Source: Dimorphilus gyrociliatus
Lineage: Eukaryota > Animalia > Annelida
Direction: 5' to 3'
NCBI GenBank assembly: GCA_904063045.1
Contig: CAJFCJ010000053.1
Location: 30,885 to 94,884, forward strand
DNA: 64,000 nucleotides
The position numbers and the translations under genes are program-made. Below are positions 46,398-59,711 of this stretch, piece after piece. How positions within the stretch are numbered: the stretch's first letter is position 1; every line of letters begins with the position of its first letter. Below the pieces are notes generated by a model. It saw only the letters and a list, made by a program, of their open reading frames with translations. It did not search any database and was not told where the DNA came from.

Positions 46398-47886
46398 TGA
46401 CAAAATTTTTTCTGCTGAATTGGAGGTGAAAGTTCATTACCAACCTGAAGTAAAAGGAGGAAAACCCATTACTGTTACCTTTGGAAAGTCTAAGGGGACA
46501 CCAACCTGCAAGTTTGTTTTTTAATTAAGATTTTATAAGGGTTAATGTAATACAAGTTGAAAAATTTTTTTTAGGTTAAATGGTAAAAACTATGGTGGAA
46601 ATCCTATACCTGAAAAAAGTGTAATTATGGATTCCGCATACAAGACAATAACCATACAAGCAGCTGAGATAGGAAGTGTGGATAATGATTTCATGTTTGT
46701 TTCTTCAATTAATTGTGTTGATAATAGTGAATCAATATCTTTTGAATTGAGAATATTTATTCTTAAAGAAGGTGAGCAGTGATAGAAAATTCTTGCTTAT
46801 CCAATACCAGAATGATTAAAAATTATTTTCTACATTCCAGTTCCAAATGATGATGCTACCCATAAAATATGTCTCTTTGAAACATTTATTTCTAATCTGC
46901 CACAACCTATCAGAACAGTAGAGATGCTGTGCTATAATTTAGGTGGAACTTGCAGGTGAGAAATGCATATTCATATTTTGACCAGTCTAAATTATTTAAC
47001 CAAATATTCTCCTAGTGTTTCTGTTGTTGATCCCACTAAGGCATCGGTAGATCTTACTGGCTCACTGTATATTAATGATAATACTGAGCTAATTAAAGTA
47101 ACTCAATCCAATTCTGCTGATTCAGCACTATTAAAAGTAGATTGTACTCTTATAAACATCCAAACTTCTGTTAATATTCCAGTGTTTTTTCATCCTGGTG
47201 CCAATCCATGGGCAATAGCTTCTGGAGATCCTCATTTTGAACAAATTGTATTTGATGGTCTACACTCTATGAATATGCCTATCTGTTATGATGTTCTTGG
47301 TACACCTGATAGTTATCTAAAAATAGTTGAGTATTCAAAGATTGGGGTTGAAATTTATGGTCACCTTAAAGATGATTATTACATGCATAGAATTATCATT
47401 AAATCTGTTATTGGTAATGTTACTGTATCAATGAATTCTATTTCCATTCATAATAAAACACAAGTGAATTGGATAGAAAATTCAAAAAGAATAATAATCC
47501 AATCAAAATTTTTTAACTATGAAATATTTTCCAGTGAAATATTGATAACAATCTTACAGGAAACTCCAATAATAATTAAAATTGAAAAGGCAAGAAATTT
47601 TATAGACCAATGGCATTTAGATGTTAGCTTTAAATCTGGTCCAAAGGATTATGTGGAAATGAGTGGACTTTTGGGTCATATTGGCAAAAAAGAATACAAA
47701 TTCTATTCCAGTGTTCAATCAGACTCTGACATCAGCAATTCAAAGAAAACAACAATTGGAATTGGTAACAATTTGATAATTGCAAGAAAAGTTGAAAGAA
47801 ATGGAAAATATTGTTGGTTAATGGCTGTTGATGATATTTTGAAACCAATTCATATATCTAATTTCTTTTTCCAAAATATTAATTGA
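46398..47886 (+). CDS. 3' exons of a gene with an inter-alpha-trypsin inhibitor heavy chain C-terminal-like domain
   Basis: GDPHFEQ..PICYDV.G....LKI....G.EIYG.L pattern; short upstream exons with GT-AG boundaries. Confidence 0.6.
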
Positions 47887-48557
47887 TTAATTAGTGTTTG
47901 TTTTTTTTTAAAAATTTTATATACTCTTTTCAGGAGAAAAGAGGGGAGATTTAATTATTTATTAAATTTGCAATATTACATGTGTATTAAAGAAGTTAAA
48001 GAAATTTTTCTAAAGGAATATGTATTGTACTGTTCTTACCTAACCAATTATGCAATTTATAAAAGAAAATAATTCATTTATGTGGTTTACTTATAATAAA
48101 GTACTCAAGCAAATTCAGTATTGTAATAAGCTTTACAAGCTGTATTTTTTTGAATTTTGCTATAAATCAATAATTGATTTACAGGTGGTAGATTTGCTTA
48201 TAAGAATTATATTTATATTGGTTAGGTATTTAGTAAGTTAGGTTGGGTTTAGGTTGGGTTGTAGGGTTGTACCACTCACAAAACAATTACTGGTCAACTT
48301 TATTGTTGTAGTTGTGGGTCACTCTTATGCAGTTGTTTGGGAAAAGGTTAGTTGATACATTTCTCTTTTTGTTGTCAGAACTCCCTTCTTGTATCCTTAT
48401 TAGGCAAGGGTTCCAATTAGGTTTAGGTGACAATGCCTGTTTAAAGATATGTTGATCCTGACCTCACTTGTTGCAGGTAGGTTAAAAGAGAATGTTTTTG
48501 TTTATAAGTAGAAGTTTCTTTGTAAGTTTAAGAAAGTTTTTATTGTAAAATTCAAAC

Positions 48558-48599
48558 AGTTACAACGTTTCGACTGTTCCCAGTCTTCATCAGGTAACT
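48558..48599 (-). ncRNA. Minimal type I hammerhead ribozyme (PLE type)
   Basis: AGTTAC-CTGATGAA-GACTG(GGAA)CAGTC-GAAACGT-T-GTAACT: 6-bp stem I, 5-bp stem II, palindromic ACGT stem III. Confidence 0.85.
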
Positions 48600-48788
48600 T
48601 AATGGGAAAACAAAGAAACAAATTTATATATATACCCACAAGTATGTACAGTGATGCCATCTGTTAAATACAATATTGTCAGATTTGTTGTTGTTAAGCT
48701 GACATAGAGCAAAACAATTATTTGTTTTTTGTGTTAAACATTTTAATGTATTTGTAAAAATAATCACATAACACTAAATATATAGTTT

Positions 48789-49214
48789 TTATTCTTTTCT
48801 GATCTTTTTTGGCGATTGCACCTCATCTCCTTCACTGAGGTCATATTCCAGTGGTCTTTTCTTCATTTGCAACATCTGTTGGTCTTTGATAGGAATGAGT
48901 TCTTCTTCAGAATCACTGTCTTCCATGGAGGTGATTTCTTCTCTGTTGTTGTTAGTATCCTGTGTGGTTAGGTTGATTTTCATGTCAGGTTTAAATATCA
49001 TGGTACCTGGACCTTGAATTTTCCAGATTGATATACCATTATCTGCTGTTGGTTTTCTCCTAAGTTCTAAGATTTCTTCCTTCTGTTCTTTTGTGATCAG
49101 GTCTAGGTTGCTAACTTGCTTTTTTGCCACTTCCAGGTCTTTGATGAGAGAATTTATTTCTTTCTGCTGTCTGGTGATTTCTGACTTCAACTCATGAACC
49201 AGGGTCTCCTCCAT
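48789..49214 (-). CDS. 141-aa coiled-coil protein with basic C-terminus, between the PLE ORF end and the HHR
   Basis: Heptad-like N-terminal half, acidic patch, KKRP...PKKIRKE; lies on the same strand as the PLE. Confidence 0.6.
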   Translation of the reverse strand: MEETLVHELKSEITRQQKEINSLIKDLEVAKKQVSNLDLITKEQKEEILELRRKPTADNGISIWKIQGPGTMIFKPDMKINLTTQDTNNNREEITSMEDSDSEEELIPIKDQQMLQMKKRPLEYDLSEGDEVQSPKKIRKE

Positions 49215-49346
49215 AAGGATCCATCTACTGTTTCTATTTGTTAGGATTGAGTAATCAGGACCTCCATCAATGTCATGTGATCATTTTTAACTGAAGTAGT
49301 ATATCTGAAGATTTTACGATATCATTATATTTTTATGAAAGATAGT

Positions 49347-49580
49347 TCAGTTAAAAATGATTATTGAGTAAAAACTGTCATCCTGATCATCCCTTACCCA
49401 GCCATTTACTGTGGTGAGAATTGTATCATTACTGCTATTCAGGTTCTCTATGTTGTTCACAATAGAGAAATTGTTTGTGGTTTGCTGAAGACTGTTTTTA
49501 TCTACCACCATGGGGATGGCCAACATTCTAATAGATTCAGACTATTGGTATTATCCTCTTGGGGTGGACCTTCAGTTCCT
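49347..49580 (-). pseudogene. C-terminal fragment of a PLE ORF paralogous to 11581-12864
   Basis: TEGPPQEDNTNSLNLLECWPSPWW* aligns with 12605-12810; internal stop; abuts TAACCC repeats at 49581. Confidence 0.88.
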
Positions 49581-50129
49581 CCTAACCCTAACCCACTGAT
49601 CTCCTAACCTAACTATTCAACTCAATTAATTTAAGTATTATATTTGATGATTATTAGTTGTATGGTACACAGTTTTACCTATGTTTTAATGTTTGTGCTT
49701 CATTTTCACTTTTCAACAATATTGTATGCACAATATTATTGTAGATCAACAATTTTATTAGTTGTTAAGCCATCACTGCTTGCACTAAAATATATTCTTC
49801 TGCACAAACAATTATTATTAATAATTTGTTTGATTTTAAAACAGCAACTGTGCTGACCTTTTGTCTATTTTTGTGGATTGGAATTAATCCAAAATTCCAC
49901 CAGAAATGTTACATCTCATGCAATTTGCTGACCCACTAAAAATAGGAAAAACAGCTTTCCAGACAAACTGAAAGTAAGAAATATGAGACCATATTTGGAC
50001 TTTTCCTTTAGCCAAAATGATACATTTGTTTGTGTGAATATTTGTGGTATGTGAACTGTCAACTTTTGGAAGACTATATAAGCCCTGTGAATTTGTCAGT
50101 TGGGAGTTCAGTCTTCTAACAGTCAGCTT

Positions 50130-50368
50130 GGTGTTAAAACTTGCTTGTTTAGAACTAGAAACTCATTTACTCAATAAATATTCTTTGAATGAAATACTGG
50201 TGTTTTGTTGTTCAATTTCTTACAAGATTTCATTTATTTAGACTATTTGTGGATGAACTTGAAATGTTCCATTTGTGTGAGTACTTTGGTAAATTGGTAA
50301 ATGATTGGACAGGACGATTTTGGTTGTGAAGAGCTACAAGTTCCTACAATTACAATACAACAAAGTAC
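50130..50368 (-). mobile_element. Partial LTR family B (further pieces at 45720-45768, 45892-45930, 60662-60925)
   Basis: Reverse complement of the first ~240 bp of LTR-B. Confidence 0.8.
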
Positions 50369-51082
50369 ATTAATAGAAAATGCTCATTAAGGTGGCAGCT
50401 TTTGACAAGGCAACTTTTGTTTTCTGCTACTCCACATGAATAATTTAATAGTATAATTTGGAGACTTTGCCCTGAAGATTTTATTGTTAGATCAACTATT
50501 CATTGAAGATTGGTGAAAAATAAAAAGAGAAATATAGGATGAAAACTCTAAGGACAAAATATCCTGTAACTAAGTTATTACCCGAGTCTCTTGAACTGTC
50601 AGGATTATTCTGAAAAATCTTAAACCCTAATGTTTCTCTACAGAACTCAACTTTTATAATATACCGAATATCATTATAAATAAGCATAAAACAATGATTT
50701 AATGATCATCAAATGCCAGATATTTTCAATATTGAACAATAAACATGGTTCAAAATGTGAATGATCCTCAGTGCACTTGTTTTAGAAACTGTAGGAAAAC
50801 TTGTCCCTTTTGCTTTTACAAGTTTTACTATAACATCACAGACTTCATCTAATAATATAATTGACATCTATCAATTGCCTTTTACATTATTTTCTATTGT
50901 CATTAAAATATAGAATACTTGCCAGGCTAATGTATAGTTATAGACAATTAAAACTGATATAAAATTTCTACTTGGATAATATAGGGCTAATTCTCAAAAT
51001 TGATTCAATTAGTTAAAGTATGACTTAAAAAATTGAATTTAAAATTAAAGATTTGAATTTTTTTTCTTACACAAATCAAAAT

Positions 51083-54000
51083 ATGGTAGTAAAACAACCA
51101 TATTTTAAATATTTCTTGCTTATAGCTCACATCATCCGCACTAATTGCCAGTTTAATTTATCTTCTATTGAAGAGAATGAAATATTTCAGAGAGAATACT
51201 TACTTTTTAATAATGCTACATTTCAAGAATCTTTTGCAATTCAAATAAATTCTTCAATATTTGACTGGTTGAATATTGTAAAAATTAAAATATGTCAGAA
51301 ATATGGGTTTGATTCAAAATTTTCACAAATTCAATACTATTTGGAAAGGTTAAAATGAAATCTTTGTCAATAGAAAAGAAGGCGCCATGTTGTAAATTGT
51401 AAAATTATTATTTTATATCTTTGTTAAAGATATCTAAAAAATACAACAATTTTGTTTTTCTCTCTCTCTCTCTCTGTCTTTCTCTCCTTCTGTGTGTATA
51501 TGTTTTGCAGTAGAATTGAAAAAGAAGATATTTTTGAAAGAATAATCTTAAAATGTTTTAAAAAGAATTCTTCATGTAAACAAAAAAAAATATTTTTTTT
51601 ATTCTTAAAAAATTAATTTTATTATTATTTTTTTTTCAAATAATTTAAAAGATTTATTTACAAAAATGATAAATGAAAATCAATTTGAACTTTTTCTAAA
51701 ATGGAGTAATGACACATTTAGAATTAATTCACCAAAACAAACAAAGCATTTATGTAAAATGAATAAAATAACAGTAAAATTTCAATTTAGTATCAAATTC
51801 AATATTAGTGTTAATTTAAAAATTCTAAATGATAACTACTCAATGAATATAACCTATAGTAGGAAGACTCTAAACCAATCAGTAATGTGTAGTTACCTTG
51901 ATATAAAAGGTTTGGTTTAACTTTTAAAAATAACGCAATGTATCAAAAATTTTATTTTGTTTTAGAATATAAAATAATGAAATATGACAACAAATATGTG
52001 AGCAGTTATAACAGATATTTTAATAAAACAACAAGAAAAAGTGGATTTTTAATAAATTCAAATTTATATGGATTATTTTATCTTGTTGCGGATAATGTTG
52101 AGCAGAAATCATATCATAAATATTCTCTATTTACATGCAAATTTTACAATATGAATGTTGGACTATCTTTAACTTTTCCTCAGGATATAGAACTAAAACA
52201 TTGGGATGAAAACCATTATATGTCTGGTATTTTTCTCTTTGGTTGTAAATTACTGAGAGGGAATATTCTTGAAGGCTGCTTCTTTAAAAATTCAACTGAA
52301 AAGACACACAGTATAGGCCTGATGCAAAAATGTGAATATCAAGGAGAAGAATACAAAAGTTCTAGTTAGTTATTTGTTGAACAAACTAATTTTTGGGTTT
52401 TAGGATAAAAAAAAGGTTATTTTTCAATTATTACAGAAGCAAAGTTTACTTATGTAAATTATTTATCAAATTCAAGTCTATTTTTACAAACAAACCAAAC
52501 TTTTGACATGATTGGATATCCAATAATTTTACAGAATAGTATTCATTACCTTATTCAAAATTTAAAATATATTGAACTTCAAATAATATGTAAACATTTT
52601 GGGTATAAATCTCGAACAATTTATGAACAATCAGAGGAAATGTATTTAACTGAAGAAGCTTATTACTTTTCTATATCACATATTCAATGTAATAATACTC
52701 ATTCAAGTCTCAATGATTGCATAATAAAACCAAAAATAAGAGGGTTGTAATCCTATTATATAAATACCTGTGTGTTTGTTTACCTTTTGTTTTTTATTTT
52801 TAAAAAAATAGAGTAAAACATATAACAAAGAGTAGAGGTTTATTGGTAAAATGTAGGAAAAAAGGTATCTATTAGCAGCAAAAAAAAACAAAAGAAAATA
52901 AATGGAATAATCATTCAAATCATTCATTTGTCGTTAAGCAATTAACTGTCCAAAAGACACGACAATTCACTTTGAAAATGTAGCCTATATTGCTTTCAAT
53001 TCTCACCAGTATAAAACAACTGAACAAATGGAGAAAATTTGCCTTAATAGAAATTTGACATTAACTGACCTTCCAACAACTAAAAAAATCTTTATAGGTT
53101 TTTTATTTCATAACATTGAGTATAGTCTTGGCTATAATCATAATGAATATGGAGGAGAAATACTTTCAAGTAAAAATACTTACATATAAATTTAATTTTG
53201 AATTTATTCAAGTTAATGATTTAACTTTCTAAGATATAAATTATGTAAAAAGTCATAAAAATCTTGTAACCATGGTTACCAGTAGCAATTATATGTTAAA
53301 GATAAAGTTTACTAATCTATATTATTTTGGAAGGTTCACTCTCAAAAAAAATTTACAAACTTTAAAATTCGAGTTTTTCAAAAAGTTTGTTTAAATATTT
53401 CTAATCGACGCTTTTGTAAATTTCTTATTGAAAAAATTAGACGCTCGTCATCCTTTTATTTAACTCTAAAAGGATTTAGAAAGGATTTAAGGGATAATTC
53501 TTTCATTTGTCATACTTTAGATTGTTAGTTTGATTTTTTATTGAGTAGTTTTTAAGTTTTCTGTTGAACAGTTTTTTTTTTACAGCAAAAGAATTAAGAA
53601 ATAAACTTCCAAAAAATAATAGAAATTCCTATTGTAATTCAAATTTATATTTTTGTAAAATAAGTGAAATTTGTATAAATTCAATTTATGTTTGTGATGG
53701 TAAGAATGATTGTTTGACAAATGAAGATGAAATGAATTGTTTACAACAGCAAACATTTATATGCTTTACCAATAGTCAACAAATTAGTTATACATTAGTC
53801 TGTGATTATGTATTGGATTGTTTAGACGGATCTGATGAAGAATTTTGCAGTATTACAGTTGTCTGTTATCTAAAAATTTAAACTTTATCTGTAACATTTT
53901 CTTTTTAGATCTTAACGAGTGTAATTCGGACAATTTGGAATTTGATGGAAAAGAGAATTTAGTGGCAAAACCATATAACAAGTTGTGTAAAGAACTCAAC

Positions 54001-54124
54001 TGTTCAGCAGACTATTATCAGTGTTATATTGAAGGAATTTGCATTCCTATTGAAAATGTTTGTGACGGAGTGAATCACTGTCTGTATGGAGATGACGAAT
54101 ACAACTGTGGTAAGATACAGAAAA

Positions 54125-54163
<39 letters not shown>

Positions 54164-55104
54164 CAGAGAAGATAGATTTAACCCTAAATTCCTAACCCTA
54201 TTTTGTGGAATACAGGCTTTTACAAACCTAAAGGATACTTCAAATGTAGAGATGAACAACTATATCTTCCAGTAAAAAAAATATGCAATGGTATTGTTGA
54301 ATGTACCTTGGCCTCTGATGAAATATTTTGCCGTACTCAACACAATATTCATAATAAACACTGCAGAATTTATGGCAACTACAACTTGGAATGTATGGAT
54401 GATACTAATGAAGAAAATCATTTAGTAATAAATCATATATCAAAAGACTTAAAAAGTTTATCAATATCTGGAAAATTTGTTTATAAAAAAGCACTAAATT
54501 CATATAAATTAATAAGTTTATCAATTCAAAAAAATACTAATTTACATGAATGGAATATAGAACTCATTGAAAATGTGATAAAATTAATATTAGTTGAAAA
54601 CAATTTAAATAATTTAAATTTTTTAAAAATTCAAAATTTAAATTTATCTAAAAATAATTTCAAAAATTTACAATTATTTAAATATAATTGTAAAAATTTA
54701 CTTTATTTAGATATATCATTTTCAAAAATCAAATTTTTGAAAAAAAAATGAGTTTGAAAATTTAAAAAAATTAAAAATTTTAAAAATGATTAATTGTGAA
54801 ATTAATAAAGTTGAAATGAATTTTTTTTTATTTAATATCAATACAAGAAATTTATTTAAATAAGACAAAAATTCCATTAAAACATTTCACAGTAATGATT
54901 CAAAGACTTACAGATATTCAACGCATTGTAAGTGATCAATTTCAAATTTGTTGTTCAATTTCAAAATTACACTTGAGTGAAAAAGTTGAGTGCTTGACTA
55001 AAAAACAATTGTATCTAACTTGCAATGACGTCATCCATTTAAATATTTTAAAAGTTATAAGTTGGATTTTGTCAATTTTTGGCATCTGTGGAAACATAAT
55101 TTGA
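51083..55104 (+). pseudogene. GRL101-like LDLa/LRR GPCR gene, truncated at TM1
   Basis: At least 4 LDLa repeats (e.g. CDGKNDCLTNEDEMNC), LRRs, hinge QICC..C..TCNDVI, TM1 ISWILSIFGICGNII; then element E begins. Upstream exons look SRCR-like. Confidence 0.75.
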
Positions 55105-55752
55105 AAGGTTACCCTCTAATTACTATAGAACATAGGGTCGAGATACTGGTAATAGAGTCTAAGGCTGCCAGTCAGCCATCCTCACCTACCACCGTTAACT
55201 CCAAAGCTCCATAGCTCAGCAACCGCTGGGCCGATTTCGTTCAAATTTTGCACAGTTGCTCAGTTCAATTAGATCTAGCACTGTGTAAAATTTCATAACG
55301 ATCGGAGCAAGTTGAAATTTCAACTTTCGTCAGTGGTCGACTTGCTTTACTGACCACCAAATACGTGATTTGTTGCGAGATAAAGTGTGGGATCAAACCA
55401 GTACCTATCCTAAGGTATAGTAAGCCTCTCAGAGATCAGTCTGGTGGCAATCTAACCAGCCACTTTTCCCCTCTCACTTGATAAAGGAGGAATACCTCCG
55501 AAATATTGTGAGTTTTAATCTGGTGACATTTTGTTAGTTGCTAAATACAGGTTCTCTTCACCCTTGTGGAGAATTTGTAAGTGGTTTTGTTGGAGATACA
55601 GTTACAGCTTAGGCTGGGGAATTGCTACTCAAGATAGCAACTCCTCAATAGCTACACCAACCCTTAGCCAAAGCTTGGTTGTAAGTGTGTGTGCACTTTT
55701 GGGATTACCAGTCTGTACTGATTGTGCTAATCCCTAACCCCAAGACCTAACC
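55100..55752 (+). mobile_element. Element E, long copy
   Basis: Near-identical to 14179-14834. Confidence 0.92.
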
Positions 55753-55787
55753 TTCATCAAGCAAATGTCATTAATCTGCGAAGTGGA

Positions 55788-55973
55788 TTACTTGACCAAA
55801 ATGTCGCCAGACATTTCTGCTGGAATTTCCATGTCAGCCATAGAAAGCATGGTTGGAGCTAGGTCAGACACTTTACCACCTTCTTTGAATTCAACTGCTT
55901 TATCACCAACACAAATAAGAGGTACAGGTAGGGTAGTGTGAGCAGTGTAGATACCATCTGTCTCAGGATGGGA
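55788..55973 (-). pseudogene. gpmI: C-terminal fragment of bacterial 2,3-BPG-independent phosphoglycerate mutase (Vibrionaceae-like)
   Basis: [61 protein letters not shown] matches the remembered gammaproteobacterial GpmI C-terminus. Confidence 0.85.
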
Positions 55974-55975
55974 TC

Positions 55976-56745
55976 AACAGAAGTCGCCCAGGGCAGAAGT
56001 TGCCCAGGACAGAAGTCGCCCAGAAATAGGCAGAAGTTGCCCAGAACTAAGGCAGAAATCGCCCAGAACTAAAGCAGAAGTCGCCCAGAACTAAAGCAGA
56101 AGTCGCCCTGTACATTCAATCAATTATGGAATCCCTCCACATCATTATTAGTTCTAATTGCATTTTGATACACTGACCACTGCTTTGGTGACCAAATATT
56201 ATCTATAATCCAAGTTCTCTCAAAGTACTTTATTAAGTCACCAAGTTTATTAATGGATTGAAGGTAATCTTTTATTGTTCCAAATTCTATTGGAATTATG
56301 TGAGATGGAAGAAATGGTAATGCCATAATCTGTCTCATTTCAAACCATTCTGCCCTTTTTCTTTTGAAATCTGATGAATATCCAAGTTCCTAAAAAGTTA
56401 ACAACTATAGATTAAATATATATTTTATTTTACTTTTCCACCTGTATTTTTCTATAAACAGCTTGATTCCAATGAAACAAACAACCAGTTAGTGTAACAT
56501 TTTCCCAATTGTTTAAAACAGCTTTCCAGATAGCTCTTTCAAAATCCATCACAATTTTCTTTGGTGTTTTGAATTCCAAAAGTTCATTTATTGCCTGCAA
56601 ATGAACTTTATCAATACCAATAATTCTTTAACTATATTTTACAAACCTTAAATAGTATATTGTAAGCTTTCTTCTTCTTTGATGTCATAAATGCAAACAT
56701 TAAGGGGACCTGTTTCATTTCTCCTTCTTTTTTCAAAAATGAATG
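55976..56745 (-). mobile_element. Decayed MULE transposase fragment with terminal repeat array (55980-56110)
   Basis: MKQVPLMF, MALPFLP, RTNNDVEGFHN; tandem GCAGAAGTCGCCCAG units. Confidence 0.8.
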
Positions 56746-56769
56746 CAAAGAAAATAATTGTTTGAAAGG

Positions 56770-56955
56770 ATGTTTTACAATTTTGTAATTGGTCTCTTGG
56801 TTTTCTTTCCATCAGCTCCAACAGTTTCTTGCTCTAAGATAGCTCCAACTGCAAAGTCAGATGCATCAGTGGTAAGGTAGAAAGGTTTGTTATAATCAGG
56901 TAGCTGTAGGATTGGAGGTGTTATCATTGCTCTCTTGAGGGTATCAAAGGCTTCT
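56770..56955 (-). pseudogene. Ty3/gypsy RNase H N-terminal fragment
   Basis: AFDTLKRAMITPPILQLPDYNKPFYLTTDASDFAVGAILEQ; related to the provirus pol. Confidence 0.85.
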
Positions 56956-57058
56956 TCTGTTTCCTTAGTACATACAAAAAAAAATAAAATTGCTGGGAGT
57001 TGATACAATTCTAGAATTGATCTCTCCTCCCCTTGATTAGTATTCAAAACAATCAGAA

Positions 57059-57108
57059 TGACCCTGATGAGTCTTTGCTAAAGGGGAAGACGAAACCATG
57101 GCAGGTCA
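57059..57108 (+). ncRNA. Type I hammerhead (family G-like) with GCA in place of the GUA triplet
   Basis: Intact core and stems, but ...GAAACCATGG-CA-GGTCA. Confidence 0.85.
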
Positions 57109-57654
57109 GTTACTCAAAAAATATTTTTCAAAAAATTTTTTACATCATGAACCAGGATATTGTTTTCTCTGTCAAACCTGTGCAGGAGGTCCACACTCTT
57201 GCATTCCATTTGGAACTCATGAAAATTGGTGGAAGCTACTCAACTTTTACCAGGACTTAGATCATAGTGTCAAGTTCAACTCTTATTAAAACCTTACACA
57301 GAAGTATGGAGAGCCAAGGGGTTTTAAAGGACAGCACTAGTCTGATGGGCAAATCATACTCTGGTTCAAAAAAATTTTTTTCATTCAAAACAAAAAAGCA
57401 ATAGAAATATACAACAAAGCAAACTCAATCAAACCCATACACACTTATGCATACACTTATCACAAAAATCAACTTCAATAGTTGATATTGCACCCACACA
57501 TACACATGCAACATTAGAGATACACTTAAAAAATTCCATCTAAATACATGCACCCAATCCTATAGCAAAAAATTAAATGCAAGGTGGGATCCAGTTACAG
57601 AATTGATCCTAGCCTCCCCTTCCAGATAGCAGTAAGGGAAGCTATACTCAGAAA

Positions 57655-57704
57655 TGACCCTGATGAGTCTTTGCTAAAGGGGAAGATGAAACCATGGTAG
57701 GTCA
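57655..57704 (+). ncRNA. Type I hammerhead ribozyme (family G-like)
   Basis: Canonical core and GUA site; 596 nt from the 57059 copy; the unit ends in TAACCC at ~57885. Confidence 0.92.
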
Positions 57705-58133
57705 GTTACTCAAAAAATATTTTTCAAAAAATTTTTTACATCATGAACCAGGATATTGTTTTCTCTGTCAAACCTGTGCAGGAGGTCCACACTCTTGCAT
57801 TCCATTTGGAACTCCTGAAAATTGGTGGAAGCTACCAACTTTTACCAGGACTTAGATCATAGTGTCAAGTTCAACTTTTATTAAAACCCTAACCCTAATC
57901 CTTGTATCACGTCTAATTGACAATTCAGGGTCCCAGTTCTTAAGAGATTAACCTGCCGTCATTCAGAATAGTTATTCTTCAATGTGGAACGCAACCTTCC
58001 AAGGGTATCACTCATGGAGAAAGTGAGAGTGCTACTCCAAACCCTAAATTTTTTGACACTTTTTGTAAGTGGAATACATGCAGTTTTAATGTTGTGGCAT
58101 GTTGTTATATGTTAAATGATTAAATGAAGATAA

Positions 58134-59085
58134 CTATTTAATTGATTTGGGTTTGAAAATAAACAAACATTCTTTACCTGGATCCAATGAAGGTTCAATT
58201 GTTACACCAATTTTTGAAAATGTAGTATCCCCTACTGATTGACGACGATCTGTAAGTTCATCAAAGGTTGCTTTGAAAATGTGACATATCTGATTTGAAG
58301 TTACAATACTAATTGTACTGTAAAAAAGAAATGATAAAATTATAAGACATTTATTATATTTTATAACTAACTTGCAATCACTGAGCATGCTACAAAGTTT
58401 TTTGCAGTCAGCTTCACCTGTATTAAAAACTGTATGATAAGTAAATCCGCCAAGCTGATCAGGATAACTTGTATAGGTAACTTTAAAGAAGGGGAAGGAG
58501 ACAGACAAAAACAAAGAAATGTTATTAATATATTTATGTACTTTGCTTTTATTGCATTTAGTTATTTACTTGTGTCTCCAAATTGTGGAGTATCTGAAAA
58601 AGAAATTATTTATACTTTTATTTTACAAAAAAATCTAACACTTTTTAATTACCACAAACATCTGGTTTTTCATAATAATCATAACCAATGACTTGAGGTA
58701 ACTGACTTCCTCCTAATCCTGCATGGTCAGTTGAAAGATAACATTTGTTGTTATCCTGTTTATCAACATAGAAACTCCTAAAGTGGAAAAAATGTGTAGA
58801 TTTTACTCTCCCTCTCTCTCTTTCTATAAACATACTTGCAAAGTTCAAGATAATAGCATAACTTTTTACAATAGTCTACTCCTCTATCATCTATATTATA
58901 AATAACAACATATGTGCTTGTTGCTAACTGTTTATCTTCTTGATGAAAGAAATCGCAAACTGTATATTAATAAAAGATAAGGAGAAATATGAATAAATAT
59001 AAAAATCATAATTTTTACTTGCGCAATCATTATTTCTTATTGTCAAAAGAAATATTGTTATTAATTGAAAAATTAAAATATTCAT
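58134..59085 (-). CDS. Multi-exon secreted protein with PAN/apple-like domains
   Basis: Signal-like MNILIFQLITIFLL; exons SFYVDKQDNNKCYLS...YDYYEK and DCKKLCSMLSDCKLV; exon structure incompletely resolved. Confidence 0.55.
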
Positions 59086-59711
59086 TATTTTTTTGGAAAA
59101 TCTAAAGCATATTTGAGATGTATAAGAAAACATTATGTGGTTATATAGGAAATATTTCTATGAATTATTAATATAAAAGTTCAAAATTTTGTTTAGAAAG
59201 ATTAATAATCAATCTTTCGATTGAATATGTCTTCATTCAATTTATGAAAAATTCATAGGGCTTCCTCAGTTCATTTTTTGTTCCTTATTTCTAAAATGTC
59301 AGAAATATAAAAAACATTCTTTCAACAGGAATACATATGGAATATTAATCAATGAGTGTTTCTTTTCTTTGTTCTCTTGTATTGATTTAAACACAGCAAG
59401 TAGAATATATGGTATTTTTGGGTTGAGATAAAAAGCATTCACTTAAGATCAGAAAACACTCTCAAAACATACAGCATTCTTAATTATTAATATTTAATAA
59501 TAATGAATTGCTTCAGTTAACAAGTTAAACATCAGAATATAGAGAGAAACCATAAAGGAAATGGCAGGAAAAATTGGACACAGTAAATTTTGCAAGACCA
59601 ACTTTCAATAAACAGTCAAAATTGGTTGTCCCCTTTAAAGTAGTTTGTTTAAAGTTTTATAGAAAATAGTCATCAATTAATTACAGAATATAATTGAGAT
59701 ATCATAGTACA

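Noticed and set aside
54127-54160. ERERER coding run in the ORF track
   Set aside because: It is a (GA)n microsatellite inside an intron of the GRL101-like gene.
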